64,000 nt of DNA from a virus (lineage: Duplodnaviria; Caudoviricetes). The stretch is from the IMG/VR virus record IMGVR_UViG_3300011989_000257, positions 64,001-128,000 of that record, one strand, 5' to 3'. The position numbers and the translations under genes were made by a program. The first letter of the stretch is position 1; each line of letters begins with the position of its first letter. The notes under the pieces were generated by a model, which did no database searches, was not told where the DNA came from, and saw only the letters and a program-made list of their open reading frames with translations. Shown here piece by piece: positions 28,626 to 37,752 of the stretch.

Positions 28626-31600
28626 TTAGTACTGATATTGATTTTGCTGTGATATTGTACTACCAAAATCATCCATTGTACCTACTTGATTATCTCTTCC
28701 TCTATAGTCGAAGTTTACTTGTCTTATGTTAGGCGTAAACTTATCCAATGCTCTTATGTATAGTACACTTTTAGGTTTCATCTCTATATTGTCCCATTGT
28801 ATGCATATACAATAATTATATCCAATTAATTGGGATAATACCTTATCATAATAGCACTTATAAAGTTTACCATTCTCCTTAGATTGCATCAGTTTTCCGT
28901 AATTAGAAACAAAGTCCTTTAATGCCTTTCTTTCTGCATCCCAACGTTTCTTATAAGGATTATGTTCACTGTTTCCATCACCAACCCATTCTTCATTAAT
29001 CATGTTCTCCTTTAGTAAGGTAATGTATTTTTGAATTGATTCATTAAACCTTGTGGTTTTCTTTGTTAACATATCTTTTCTAGATACAATTTTAACATTT
29101 GCTGGGTCGAATATTACATAATTCATATTATTTTTACCCCTACCATATTTCATTCCGTGAAGATAGCCAATTGGTACTTTAGTTCCTATATATCCCATTG
29201 ATGCAACAACCTTAGACAAGTCTATCATCTCATCATAGAGGGCTATGTGGAAATCCCTACCACTTTTTACATTATCCCACTTTGTATCAGAATTTACTCT
29301 TTCTACCAATCTATTGAACCTTTCATCAGAATATTTCCTATTTCTGATTAAGCCTTGTTTGCAATAATTAATGAAAATATTTCTAGCATCATCTGGTGTC
29401 ATTGGTGCTACATAATCAAAATATGTATTTCCATCATCATCTGGTATTTCTACTTTATACAACTGTCCTGGTAAACTATCGTATATGCTATCATAATTAT
29501 CTAAAAAATCTTTGTAATCTTGTGCAGCGTTTTCTTTTTCATCGTCAGAAGAATCCCATTTTTTCTGCATATATTCTTTCCCTTTGGCATTCATTCTAGC
29601 AGAACGGATTATTTCAATATAATGTTCACCAGTTGACTTTTTGGATGTAACATATATTCCTTTTCCATACTCTTGAGAGCCTTCTCCCTTTCCTAAAAAT
29701 TCCAAATCAAACTTATCAAACACGGCATCTGTCCCATGCCAAGCTTGCATCTCATTTGTAGATTCATTAATTGAATTGCTTCTATCATATATAATGGTTC
29801 TAAGTTTCCAAAGTTTGTCAAGATATTCTGTTCTACGAAGTATCTTATAGACAACGTTTCCAGCGCCGCTTTCGCCATTCTTTTCAAGACTTGTTTTACG
29901 CATCCCCTTTATCTTTTTCCAAAGATAGTTTGCGTCCTCTCCAATTTCTTCAATTTCATGGGAATCAACAGTAGAATTTAAGACATTATACATATCATCA
30001 ATAATAGTCATTATATCTGCTGCTTTCTTCTTGATTGAAAACTTGTCAAGACCAATTGGCTTAATATCATTCATACTTGGTTTCTTAACCCATTCGTTTT
30101 CTTCAAGGTCATATATTCCTCCACTTTGAGGCATCTCACCTAAGTTTTGAACATATAGTTCAACTGGAAAGCCTAATATTGTCAAGTCACTATGCTCACT
30201 ATTCCATTCGTTTTTCTTTGCATCAAGATAATCCCTAACAAATTCAGTTTTATCATCAATTTCATCAAAATCAACAATAAGGTGCAAATCTATGTCAGAA
30301 AATTTAGACCAATTGAAATTACAAATTGAACCAGTAAGTATTATCCCACTTGGTTTAACCCAAGTAAGATTTACAAATTCCCAAAAATCATCTGCAATAT
30401 CCAATAATCTCAGCCTAACTCTAGAATCCAAGGTATTACTATCTATCCATATAGGGGCTAATTCACTTCTCTTCTTAAATGAAGAAAGGTCAATATCAGA
30501 AGAATCTACCTCAAAATCAATATTTTCAATTATGTTTTTGATTTGGCTTTCATTGACAATTACACTTTTGTTATTTTTCTTTGATTCATATTGTACATTT
30601 CCTTGAGGCTTAATGCCTTCTTCATAATACCTCATTATATCCGCAATAACTTGCTGAGGCTTTGCGTCAGAATATGACACTGAATGTAATGTATTACCCT
30701 TATTATCAGTAAAATCTATGTCAACATCAACAGCCTTTCTAACAAATGCTCTAATTGTGAAATATTGTTCCTTTGTTGGCTCTTTGGTCATATCCAAAAT
30801 ACCGCCATTTACACAACATCTAATTGCGCCATGATTCATAAAGTCAACGACATAGTTATAGCGATACTCATCACTCCATATTGGTATGTTGTTCTTTTTA
30901 TATATGCCTTCGATTCCTCTATGGTCTTCTTCTCTATACCCATTATTACCAAAATTAAGCAGCCTACCATCTGGAAGTATGTATCCAGCTTGACCTAAGT
31001 TGCTAGTAGTACCATATTGCTCAATTGCAAGTGATATTACATCATAACTCGTTTCTTCTGCTTGTTGACTAAGTGTTTCTGACTCATCTTCGGCATTCCA
31101 AAGTTTGGAGGCATCTTCATATTTCTTCAATAAAGCATTATATATTTTTACATCATTTGGGTCTATTTCTACCTCTGGATGCATTTTCTTCATCCATGAG
31201 AAGGCGTACCAATTCTGTTCTCCGTATTTTTCTGCACCTTGTTTTCTAAAATTTTCAAGGTCGGTTATTGTTTTATTAAACAAATCATCATACTTATTTT
31301 CGTTTATTGATAAACCATTTTTATTGGAATTTATTGACTCATCCAAATTAACTATAACTGGCTTATTCTCACGTTCCATTTTCATCCATTTATAGAATTC
31401 ATATGCATTACTTTTCTTTTGGAAATAATGTGGCATTTGGTTGATATCAATAAGGTTAATAACAACCCAATTACTAAATTTATCTGGCCTAAGCTCTTTT
31501 GCCCTATCTATAAATTCTTGAGGTATTTTAGACTCATTTATACTGCCTTCATCTGCTACATGACAATAGTTGCCTCCTACTGGCGGATTGTCGCTTTCTT

Positions 31601-31736
31601 GACCTAACTCATATTTATCAGCCTCTGGTCTTGCCTCATTGACACAAATAGAGTTATGGCTGACACTATTAGTGCCAACCATACTATTCTTGATTGTCAT
31701 TAAACTATCCTCTCTAAGTGTGATAGATTTTCCCAT
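28626..31736 (-). CDS. Polyvalent multi-domain protein: GYILPDG module + pol-beta-type nucleotidyltransferase + ADP-ribosyltransferase-like domain
   Basis: IILTGS...SDIDLH...ELYVQ (NTase); AWHGT...FDKFD...G.GEG.Q.YGKGIY (ART-like); modules separated by INE/VNE/FNE linkers. Confidence 0.8.
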   Translation of the reverse strand: MGKSITLREDSLMTIKNSMVGTNSVSHNSICVNEARPEADKYELGQESDNPPVGGNYCHVADEGSINESKIPQEFIDRAKELRPDKFSNWVVINLIDINQMPHYFQKKSNAYEFYKWMKMERENKPVIVNLDESINSNKNGLSINENKYDDLFNKTITDLENFRKQGAEKYGEQNWYAFSWMKKMHPEVEIDPNDVKIYNALLKKYEDASKLWNAEDESETLSQQAEETSYDVISLAIEQYGTTSNLGQAGYILPDGRLLNFGNNGYREEDHRGIEGIYKKNNIPIWSDEYRYNYVVDFMNHGAIRCCVNGGILDMTKEPTKEQYFTIRAFVRKAVDVDIDFTDNKGNTLHSVSYSDAKPQQVIADIMRYYEEGIKPQGNVQYESKKNNKSVIVNESQIKNIIENIDFEVDSSDIDLSSFKKRSELAPIWIDSNTLDSRVRLRLLDIADDFWEFVNLTWVKPSGIILTGSICNFNWSKFSDIDLHLIVDFDEIDDKTEFVRDYLDAKKNEWNSEHSDLTILGFPVELYVQNLGEMPQSGGIYDLEENEWVKKPSMNDIKPIGLDKFSIKKKAADIMTIIDDMYNVLNSTVDSHEIEEIGEDANYLWKKIKGMRKTSLEKNGESGAGNVVYKILRRTEYLDKLWKLRTIIYDRSNSINESTNEMQAWHGTDAVFDKFDLEFLGKGEGSQEYGKGIYVTSKKSTGEHYIEIIRSARMNAKGKEYMQKKWDSSDDEKENAAQDYKDFLDNYDSIYDSLPGQLYKVEIPDDDGNTYFDYVAPMTPDDARNIFINYCKQGLIRNRKYSDERFNRLVERVNSDTKWDNVKSGRDFHIALYDEMIDLSKVVASMGYIGTKVPIGYLHGMKYGRGKNNMNYVIFDPANVKIVSRKDMLTKKTTRFNESIQKYITLLKENMINEEWVGDGNSEHNPYKKRWDAERKALKDFVSNYGKLMQSKENGKLYKCYYDKVLSQLIGYNYCICIQWDNIEMKPKSVLYIRALDKFTPNIRQVNFDYRGRDNQVGTMDDFGSTISQQNQYQY

Positions 31737-31758
31737 TCGGAACAATTTTTTCTTTTAA

Positions 31759-32043
31759 TTAGCTTTTACAATCACAGATACCTTGTCTAAGGTCTGTATA
31801 CTTAGCGCCACTCTCTGAAATAAATGAGGCAATCTCCTTGTACTCATTGTCTTTCTCTGTAGGAATTGCATTATCATGGCCGATAGGGCCATCATTATAG
31901 GCAAGAGTTTCCATACCATTAGTACTCATTTTTCCTTTTTCACTAAGAGCCTCATTATAGTTCTCTACGTCTGTGTATAGAAGTTGGTTATCCATGTCAT
32001 AGCCATATCCTTCATACATGTAATCTAAAATATTACTATTCAT
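31759..32043 (-). CDS. Hypothetical protein
   Basis: 94-aa acidic ORF in operon context. Confidence 0.65.
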   Translation of the reverse strand: MNSNILDYMYEGYGYDMDNQLLYTDVENYNEALSEKGKMSTNGMETLAYNDGPIGHDNAIPTEKDNEYKEIASFISESGAKYTDLRQGICDCKS

Positions 32044-32071
32044 AATTTTTTAAAATATTTTGTAATTGAAA

Positions 32072-32761
32072 TTATTTATCCCATCCCTTTCCTTTGGTAT
32101 ATTTGGATTTACCTTTATAGTAATCTTCCATATCTTTACTCATACCATCCAAAGATTTCATATAGTCTTTATCTCGATAGTCAGCCATATAATCAGCATT
32201 TGAAGATAATTCTGGACTAAATTTAACGCCATTACCATCAATTATATCTGTACGATGCCCGTTAAAATCGCCACTCCAAGCATCATTTTCATTGCCATAT
32301 GCATAATCATATTGGTCATCATGAATTCTTCCGCTATTTCTTAAAGGAAAACCTTCGCCACGTCTATAATGCCTTATACCGTCAGCCTTTTCTCCTTCCC
32401 ACCATCCTTGCTTGGTTGGTGCTTTAGTTTCAAAATCATCATCACTATAGGTGTTCCCTCTTGTATATCTACCTTTATAATCTGGAGAACCTTCCCATTG
32501 ATATGGATAACCATCCTTGCCATGTTTTTTGTTAAACATGGTTTGGGCATGTTTTTCTAATTCATCAGCTTTATCATCATAACCATTCCTACCACCCAAT
32601 ATAGTTTTGTGATATTTAGCCCTAAGTTCGTCACCTTGCAGTTTTCTCTTTCTAGAAGCATTCATATATGTCTTCCAATCCATCTCATTTAATGCTCTAT
32701 TAACAGATTCCTTTACAATATTATGCAAATCTGATTCAGTTAATCTTATAATCTTCTTCAT
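32072..32761 (-). CDS. Leader-family protein (paralog of 17424-17918)
   Basis: MKKIIRLTESDLHNIVKESVNRALNEMDWKTY...SKYTKGKGWDK. Confidence 0.85.
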   Translation of the reverse strand: MKKIIRLTESDLHNIVKESVNRALNEMDWKTYMNASRKRKLQGDELRAKYHKTILGGRNGYDDKADELEKHAQTMFNKKHGKDGYPYQWEGSPDYKGRYTRGNTYSDDDFETKAPTKQGWWEGEKADGIRHYRRGEGFPLRNSGRIHDDQYDYAYGNENDAWSGDFNGHRTDIIDGNGVKFSPELSSNADYMADYRDKDYMKSLDGMSKDMEDYYKGKSKYTKGKGWDK

Positions 32762-32935
32762 ATCGAAATATTTCTTTTTCTCTATAAATATTAGCCATAA
32801 AAAAAAAAGGTATCAAACATTTGATACCTTTTATCTATTTGTATAAAAATTTTCAATTTCTTCCCTATTCATTCTTATTCTAAAAACTTTAGCAATAAAT
32901 ATTTATTGAAAATAAAAATAGAAAAGAAAAATCAA

Positions 32936-33676
32936 ATGACAAAAATCAATATAAACGAGGCACAATTTGTTTCATTGTTTGGTGGGAAACCATCAGTAGG
33001 TGATAACTTCTATCAAGACAAAGAATATCCTGACTTCACAATTTCAAACGAAAGGATGAATAAAAGCCGTGACGTTTGGTATCCATTCTATAGAGACAGA
33101 TATAATGAGGACAAGTCAGAAATCATGCACCACATAGCATTCTATACAACTATGCGTATGCTTGATAATGGCAAGAAAATACCGTATTCAGGTGGAGCTA
33201 AGATATATCACTCAATAAAAAACATACCATTTTCGAGAGACCAAGTTGAGTGGGTTGAGAAGAAAATACAAAAAAAATACGGTAATTATAGTTTAGAAGA
33301 ATTATATGACCAAATGATTATTGACAGTGAAAAGGGTTTTTATGAAAGTGATATGAATTCAAAAAATGCAGTTTTAAAACTTTTGAAAGATGGCTTCTTT
33401 GACCAATACCTTAATGGTTCGTTGAAAGATGTTGCCCTATGGTCTGTAGGGAGACTGAATGACACGTCTGATATGTTGTCTTGGTTATATAGTAAGAACA
33501 AGTTTACAAAAAAACTAAATTATAATACAGTAATGGATTATTTGAAGAAGAACTGTGATGAGATTGCGGATTCAAACAACAGCTTTATGGGCGATGACAT
33601 TTTTATTGCCCTTTCTTGGATTGAAAATTCACTATCAAAATTAAATAGAGTTCCAACAAATAAAGGTACTGACTGA
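32936..33676 (+). CDS. Hypothetical late protein with degenerate leader
   Basis: ATG at 32936 (MTKININEAQF) behind ATATTTAT; own terminator. Confidence 0.7.
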   Translation: MTKININEAQFVSLFGGKPSVGDNFYQDKEYPDFTISNERMNKSRDVWYPFYRDRYNEDKSEIMHHIAFYTTMRMLDNGKKIPYSGGAKIYHSIKNIPFSRDQVEWVEKKIQKKYGNYSLEELYDQMIIDSEKGFYESDMNSKNAVLKLLKDGFFDQYLNGSLKDVALWSVGRLNDTSDMLSWLYSKNKFTKKLNYNTVMDYLKKNCDEIADSNNSFMGDDIFIALSWIENSLSKLNRVPTNKGTD

Positions 33677-33688
33677 ATCAGTACCTTT
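33662..33688. terminator. Bidirectional terminator
   Basis: aaaggtactga-ctgaa-tcagtaccttt. Confidence 0.75.
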
Positions 33689-34214
33689 AATCATACTCTA
33701 TGCAGAAATCTGCAAGTTTCTCCAAATCACTGTTAAAAACCTTTAACGACAAATCATCCCTACCCCATTTCTTTCGTTTGTAAGGCACGTAGCACTCCTT
33801 TGGCGTATCATATACCACATCCTTGTCTTTAATGGATTCTAAGGCAAAAGAAAGTAATTTTTTACGATTTACAAAAATTATCTTGCTTAACGTTCTAAAT
33901 GCAATGTACTCAGCCTTGCCGTACAACCATCCAGGATACCCAGTAATACCTTGTACTTCTAACCAATGTATTGTATCATCATATTTCTTATCATTTCTAT
34001 TAGCTTTATTTAGTCCCTTCACATCCACCCCAATTCTTCCTTTCTTTGGACTGTTCCACCAGAAGTCAATATGGTCATATTTATCCTCCTGTTTTGAAGC
34101 CTTCTCACAAGTTCCTCCAAGTGTTTTCTCAACTGCCTCAGTTACCAATTCCTCATCGATAAGCCCACGATAATAGAAATCACGTACAGTCTTGTTTAAT
34201 TTCCTTGTTACCAT
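33687..34214 (-). CDS. PD-(D/E)XK nuclease-like protein
   Basis: HIDFWW...IGVDVKG...WLE..G..G..GWLYGKA; start uncertain (34214 ATG or 34235 TTG). Confidence 0.6.
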   Translation of the reverse strand: MVTRKLNKTVRDFYYRGLIDEELVTEAVEKTLGGTCEKASKQEDKYDHIDFWWNSPKKGRIGVDVKGLNKANRNDKKYDDTIHWLEVQGITGYPGWLYGKAEYIAFRTLSKIIFVNRKKLLSFALESIKDKDVVYDTPKECYVPYKRKKWGRDDLSLKVFNSDLEKLADFCIEYD

Positions 34215-34884
34215 CCATAATTTGTTTCTGAACAATTATTTTTCCGTGATAATCAGATATATCCATATATGTTTGTTTTCTCAACAATATATTAATTGGT
34301 TTCTCAACGTATCTATCACTATATCTAAATGATAAGTCATCCACGAAATCCTTCGTCTTGACATATCCTCTCTGTCTTATGTTATCATCTTGTTTTGCCA
34401 ACTTATCAAGTGTCCACCCTTTCTTTTCAAGGAACTTTGCAATCTTTTGCCTTGATACAAGACACCATTCAAGTTCTCTTATGTTGTCCCTTGTAATGGT
34501 ATCTGTATCATATCGTTTATTTTCCTCATCATATTCAATATCAGCCTTTATAATCCAACCAAGAAGGTAATATTGTGTTGTCTTTGAATAATCAAGGAAC
34601 CAGCCACAACGTTTCTTTCCACCTTTTCCAATAAACGACAATTCAAGAGAAAATGTATCAAGGCTTGTATTGGCGTATCTTGCAGCGACCTTCTCATCTA
34701 CCACGACTCTATATAACTTCTTGTCAGAAGTACTTAAAATAAGGTCTGAACCACTTATTTGTTCATCTATCCCATCTGTTCTTGCAAACTCAGAGAATAG
34801 TTCCTTATTGGAATATAGATTCTTGTCAATGAATGCTGCAATTTCACGTTCAACATTCATATCTTTTTCCCTATTATTTTCCAT
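34180..34884 (-). CDS. PD-(D/E)XK nuclease-like protein
   Basis: Q..GSDLIL...VDEK...TFSLELS...GWF motif set. Confidence 0.55.
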   Translation of the reverse strand: MENNREKDMNVEREIAAFIDKNLYSNKELFSEFARTDGIDEQISGSDLILSTSDKKLYRVVVDEKVAARYANTSLDTFSLELSFIGKGGKKRCGWFLDYSKTTQYYLLGWIIKADIEYDEENKRYDTDTITRDNIRELEWCLVSRQKIAKFLEKKGWTLDKLAKQDDNIRQRGYVKTKDFVDDLSFRYSDRYVEKPINILLRKQTYMDISDYHGKIIVQKQIMDGNKEIKQDCT

Positions 34885-36114
34885 TTATCCAACACTTAAA
34901 GGAAATTTTATTATTGGGTCTGGGTGATAGTCAACTATTTCAAAATCTTCAAACTTGAAATCTTCGATTGTTTTTTGATTTCCGTGAATAACCAACTTTG
35001 GAACTATATCAGAGCCATTTCTTGATAGTTGCTCCATTACACCATTCATTTGATTTTTATAGATATGACAATCTCCAAAAGAACCTATTACTTCATCTGG
35101 AACCATGTTAACTAACTTTGCAATCATATGAGTTAGAAGGCTATATGAAAATATATTTATAGGTATTCCCAATGGTATATCACAACTTCTCTGTACCCAC
35201 ATACAGCTCAACCCGTATTTAGGTATATCAGCAATATCATAATCACTCCCATCATTAGGCATTAATACATCAGCATCATTATTAATATATTCCATTGAAT
35301 ATTCCTCGAACCAATCATGGTATTTCTGTGGTATTTCGCCCTTCATGTATCTTTCGTTAAAGATTTTCATTCTCTCAGCATTTGTTAGTTCCCTTGTATA
35401 AAATTGGAACATTACGTGACAAGGCGGCAACGCCATATCATCCAATTGGTCTGGGTTAAATGCCACACACAACATCCTCCTATCATTTGGATTTGTTTTA
35501 AGGGTATTGATGATTTCATGTATCTGGTCTAATGAAGTATCACCAAAATGTCTCCATTGTGCCCCATAAACTGGGCCTAAATCGCCAAATCTATATCGTG
35601 ACATATATGAGCCACATATTTCAACCCTTTGTAATGTAAGGTCTAAGAACTCTTCCTTGGTAATGTTTTGAAACCAAGTTTCATCTTTCAGCCTTGCCTC
35701 GTTCTCAATCCAATATTCAAAATTGGTTTTTCTCTTTACTATATTATGTGTGAACTCATCGTCATTATCGTCCAAGCAAACTAGATATTTTGTTGGTTTT
35801 ATTTCCTTTGCTATCTTATTCTTGAACCAACGATATGCATCATCATCCCAGATATGTACACCATTCCTTACAAGGTACTCGATATTCATACTTCCGTGTG
35901 AATTATACGGTCTCTGCAAAAACCATAACAACTCATGGATTGCACCTTTTGTGAATACCTTTTTCGTTGTTAGTATTGGAAAACCTTCCTTTAGGTCAAA
36001 TCTCATTTGTCTACCGAATACTGAATAGACATCACCAGCCCTTGTAGTCTTTTCAACACCATGCTCAAGTATATCGTTTAATAAGTCCAAATATGTTTTA
36101 TCCGTTCTTGTCAT
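34885..36114 (-). CDS. thyA: Thymidylate synthase with two insertions
   Basis: PILTTKK, ELLWFL, GDLGPVYGAQWR, MALPPCH, QRSCD.PLG.P.N, GDCHIY motifs. Confidence 0.93.
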   Translation of the reverse strand: MTRTDKTYLDLLNDILEHGVEKTTRAGDVYSVFGRQMRFDLKEGFPILTTKKVFTKGAIHELLWFLQRPYNSHGSMNIEYLVRNGVHIWDDDAYRWFKNKIAKEIKPTKYLVCLDDNDDEFTHNIVKRKTNFEYWIENEARLKDETWFQNITKEEFLDLTLQRVEICGSYMSRYRFGDLGPVYGAQWRHFGDTSLDQIHEIINTLKTNPNDRRMLCVAFNPDQLDDMALPPCHVMFQFYTRELTNAERMKIFNERYMKGEIPQKYHDWFEEYSMEYINNDADVLMPNDGSDYDIADIPKYGLSCMWVQRSCDIPLGIPINIFSYSLLTHMIAKLVNMVPDEVIGSFGDCHIYKNQMNGVMEQLSRNGSDIVPKLVIHGNQKTIEDFKFEDFEIVDYHPDPIIKFPLSVG

Positions 36115-36589
36115 GTTCTAAACTATTAATATATTGCATTATTATTGGCGAATTGCCTATAAACTCCCCTTTATTGCTTAACTTATGCTTGTAACAATTT
36201 TGGGATTCATCATTATCAATGTCATCAACCCATTCTTCAAAATTCTTATCAAGTTCTCTAATAACTTTTGGATTTGTTCTTTTAATTACTTGATTTTCTA
36301 TGAATTCGCCTCTCCTTTCAGACGATGGGTAGAAAATATCATAATCAGTATTATGCTCATTGAAAATACCTCTCATATCACTAGATGAAGGAATGAATAC
36401 AATATCGTAATTATCAACAACAGACATTACCTTATTATAACATTCTTCCAATAAATCTTGATTGATTGTGCCATCAACATCAGTTAATGGTATTTTTTCT
36501 ACTGCATCGAATATCTTTGCCTTCTTGCCATAAATATTCTTAAAATATTCTCTACCACAACCAATAAAACTACTAATTATTATTCCCAT
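36098..36589 (-). CDS. Degenerate P-loop kinase-like protein
   Basis: N-terminal IISSFIGCGREY resembles a Walker A with the Lys replaced. Confidence 0.5.
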   Translation of the reverse strand: MGIIISSFIGCGREYFKNIYGKKAKIFDAVEKIPLTDVDGTINQDLLEECYNKVMSVVDNYDIVFIPSSSDMRGIFNEHNTDYDIFYPSSERRGEFIENQVIKRTNPKVIRELDKNFEEWVDDIDNDESQNCYKHKLSNKGEFIGNSPIIMQYINSLEHDKNG

Positions 36590-36590
36590 T

Positions 36591-36836
36591 TCATTTATTA
36601 TATTCCTTAAAACATTCTATGCAAAAGAAAATGTTACCAATTGCAAATATTAAAGTTATTATTCCAAAAACTATGTTTCCACTTATTATATGATATAAAA
36701 ACAAAAGAAACATACCTACAGATGCTAAAGCCCATCCTATTGTTCTTCCTAAAGCCATCCTAGTGCCTATAGTTGGTATTGTAAGTATCAATCCAACTAA
36801 TACTAGCATTAAGCCTATTATACTAATCGTTATCAT
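36591..36836 (-). CDS. Small multi-pass membrane protein
   Basis: Three hydrophobic segments in 81 aa. Confidence 0.6.
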   Translation of the reverse strand: MITISIIGLMLVLVGLILTIPTIGTRMALGRTIGWALASVGMFLLFLYHIISGNIVFGIITLIFAIGNIFFCIECFKEYNK

Positions 36837-37107
36837 TTCTCAATTTATCGTCTCTTAATCTAATTAGTTTTCTTTCAAGTTCCTTCTCGAAATCATCGTA
36901 GTTCATCATAGTGGCAATCTGTTCAACCATGATGAATACGTCAGCAAGCTCTGTCATAACATCGTGGTGACTAGTCCTACCCCTTTTGAACTGGGCTACT
37001 GCCGTAATTAGTTCACCAAGCTCCTCATTGAGCATATTCACCTGTGCTTCCTCGCCCCACTTCTCAAGAGCTTCCTTGTACAAATCAATTCTGTTTTGTT
37101 TCTCCAT
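36823..37107 (-). CDS. MazG-like nucleotide pyrophosphohydrolase
   Basis: EELGELITAV...TELADVFIM (EExxE...ExxD). Confidence 0.8.
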   Translation of the reverse strand: MEKQNRIDLYKEALEKWGEEAQVNMLNEELGELITAVAQFKRGRTSHHDVMTELADVFIMVEQIATMMNYDDFEKELERKLIRLRDDKLRNDND

Positions 37108-37119
37108 ATATTATTTTTT

Positions 37120-37617
37120 TTAGAAATTATTTTCAAAATCCTTTCCTTCAGTATAAAGTTGTTTACCAACTGCCTCAAGTGCTGCGCAAACAGCATCAAA
37201 TGCATCGGATGTAAGTTTTACTTCCCTTTCACATATGACTTTATCCTTGTTATCCTTAATCGTAAGTTTTCCATCTTCGTAGAATACAAAGATTCCATCT
37301 TCCATCCTGAACGTCAATTCACCATCAAGTGTTGCAAGGTCAGCGTTCTCAAGTTTTTCATACTCATATCCCTTAGACTTGATATATTCATTCAAAGCTT
37401 TACCTTGAGATGGTGCATCACGAAACAACAAATATTGATTCACGTTAACATCCTTATACTCATACTGAGTACCATTATTAAAAACAATCCTTAGTGTTTT
37501 TAAACTATTATCTTTATCATCGCATTCAGAGTACTTGATATTAGATGACTGATACCAAACACGGTCTACATCATTACCGTTTTTGCTTTTCGTGTACAAA
37601 CTAAAAATTTTACTCAT
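37120..37617 (-). CDS. KTSC-domain protein
   Basis: SSNI...LRIVFNNGTQYEY.DV....Y..F..APSQGKALNEYIK; ATG at 37617 behind a host-type promoter. Confidence 0.8.
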   Translation of the reverse strand: MSKIFSLYTKSKNGNDVDRVWYQSSNIKYSECDDKDNSLKTLRIVFNNGTQYEYKDVNVNQYLLFRDAPSQGKALNEYIKSKGYEYEKLENADLATLDGELTFRMEDGIFVFYEDGKLTIKDNKDKVICEREVKLTSDAFDAVCAALEAVGKQLYTEGKDFENNF

Positions 37618-37635
37618 ATCTTTAACTATTTTTTG

Positions 37636-37667
37636 CAAAGATATGTAAAAAAAGTTAAAATTCCAAA
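37636..37667 (-). promoter_or_regulatory. Bacteroidota-type sigma-A promoter driving the KTSC-MazG-thyA operon
   Basis: Reverse-strand TTTG ... TATCTTTG. Confidence 0.7.
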
Positions 37668-37752
37668 TAATCCCAGATAATTTTCTTCAATTACCTATTG
37701 ATTTTTTTAAGGAAAGATATTATTTTTTAAGTATAAAAATATTTTTCAAATT

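Noticed and set aside
34885-36114. dCMP hydroxymethylase or intein-containing ThyA
   Set aside because: The specificity residue is Asn (P-I-N-I), as in dUMP enzymes, and the inserts lack intein terminal motifs.
36591-36836. Holin
   Set aside because: Hydrophobic, but it lies in the host-promoter thyA operon away from the lysin, with no further support.
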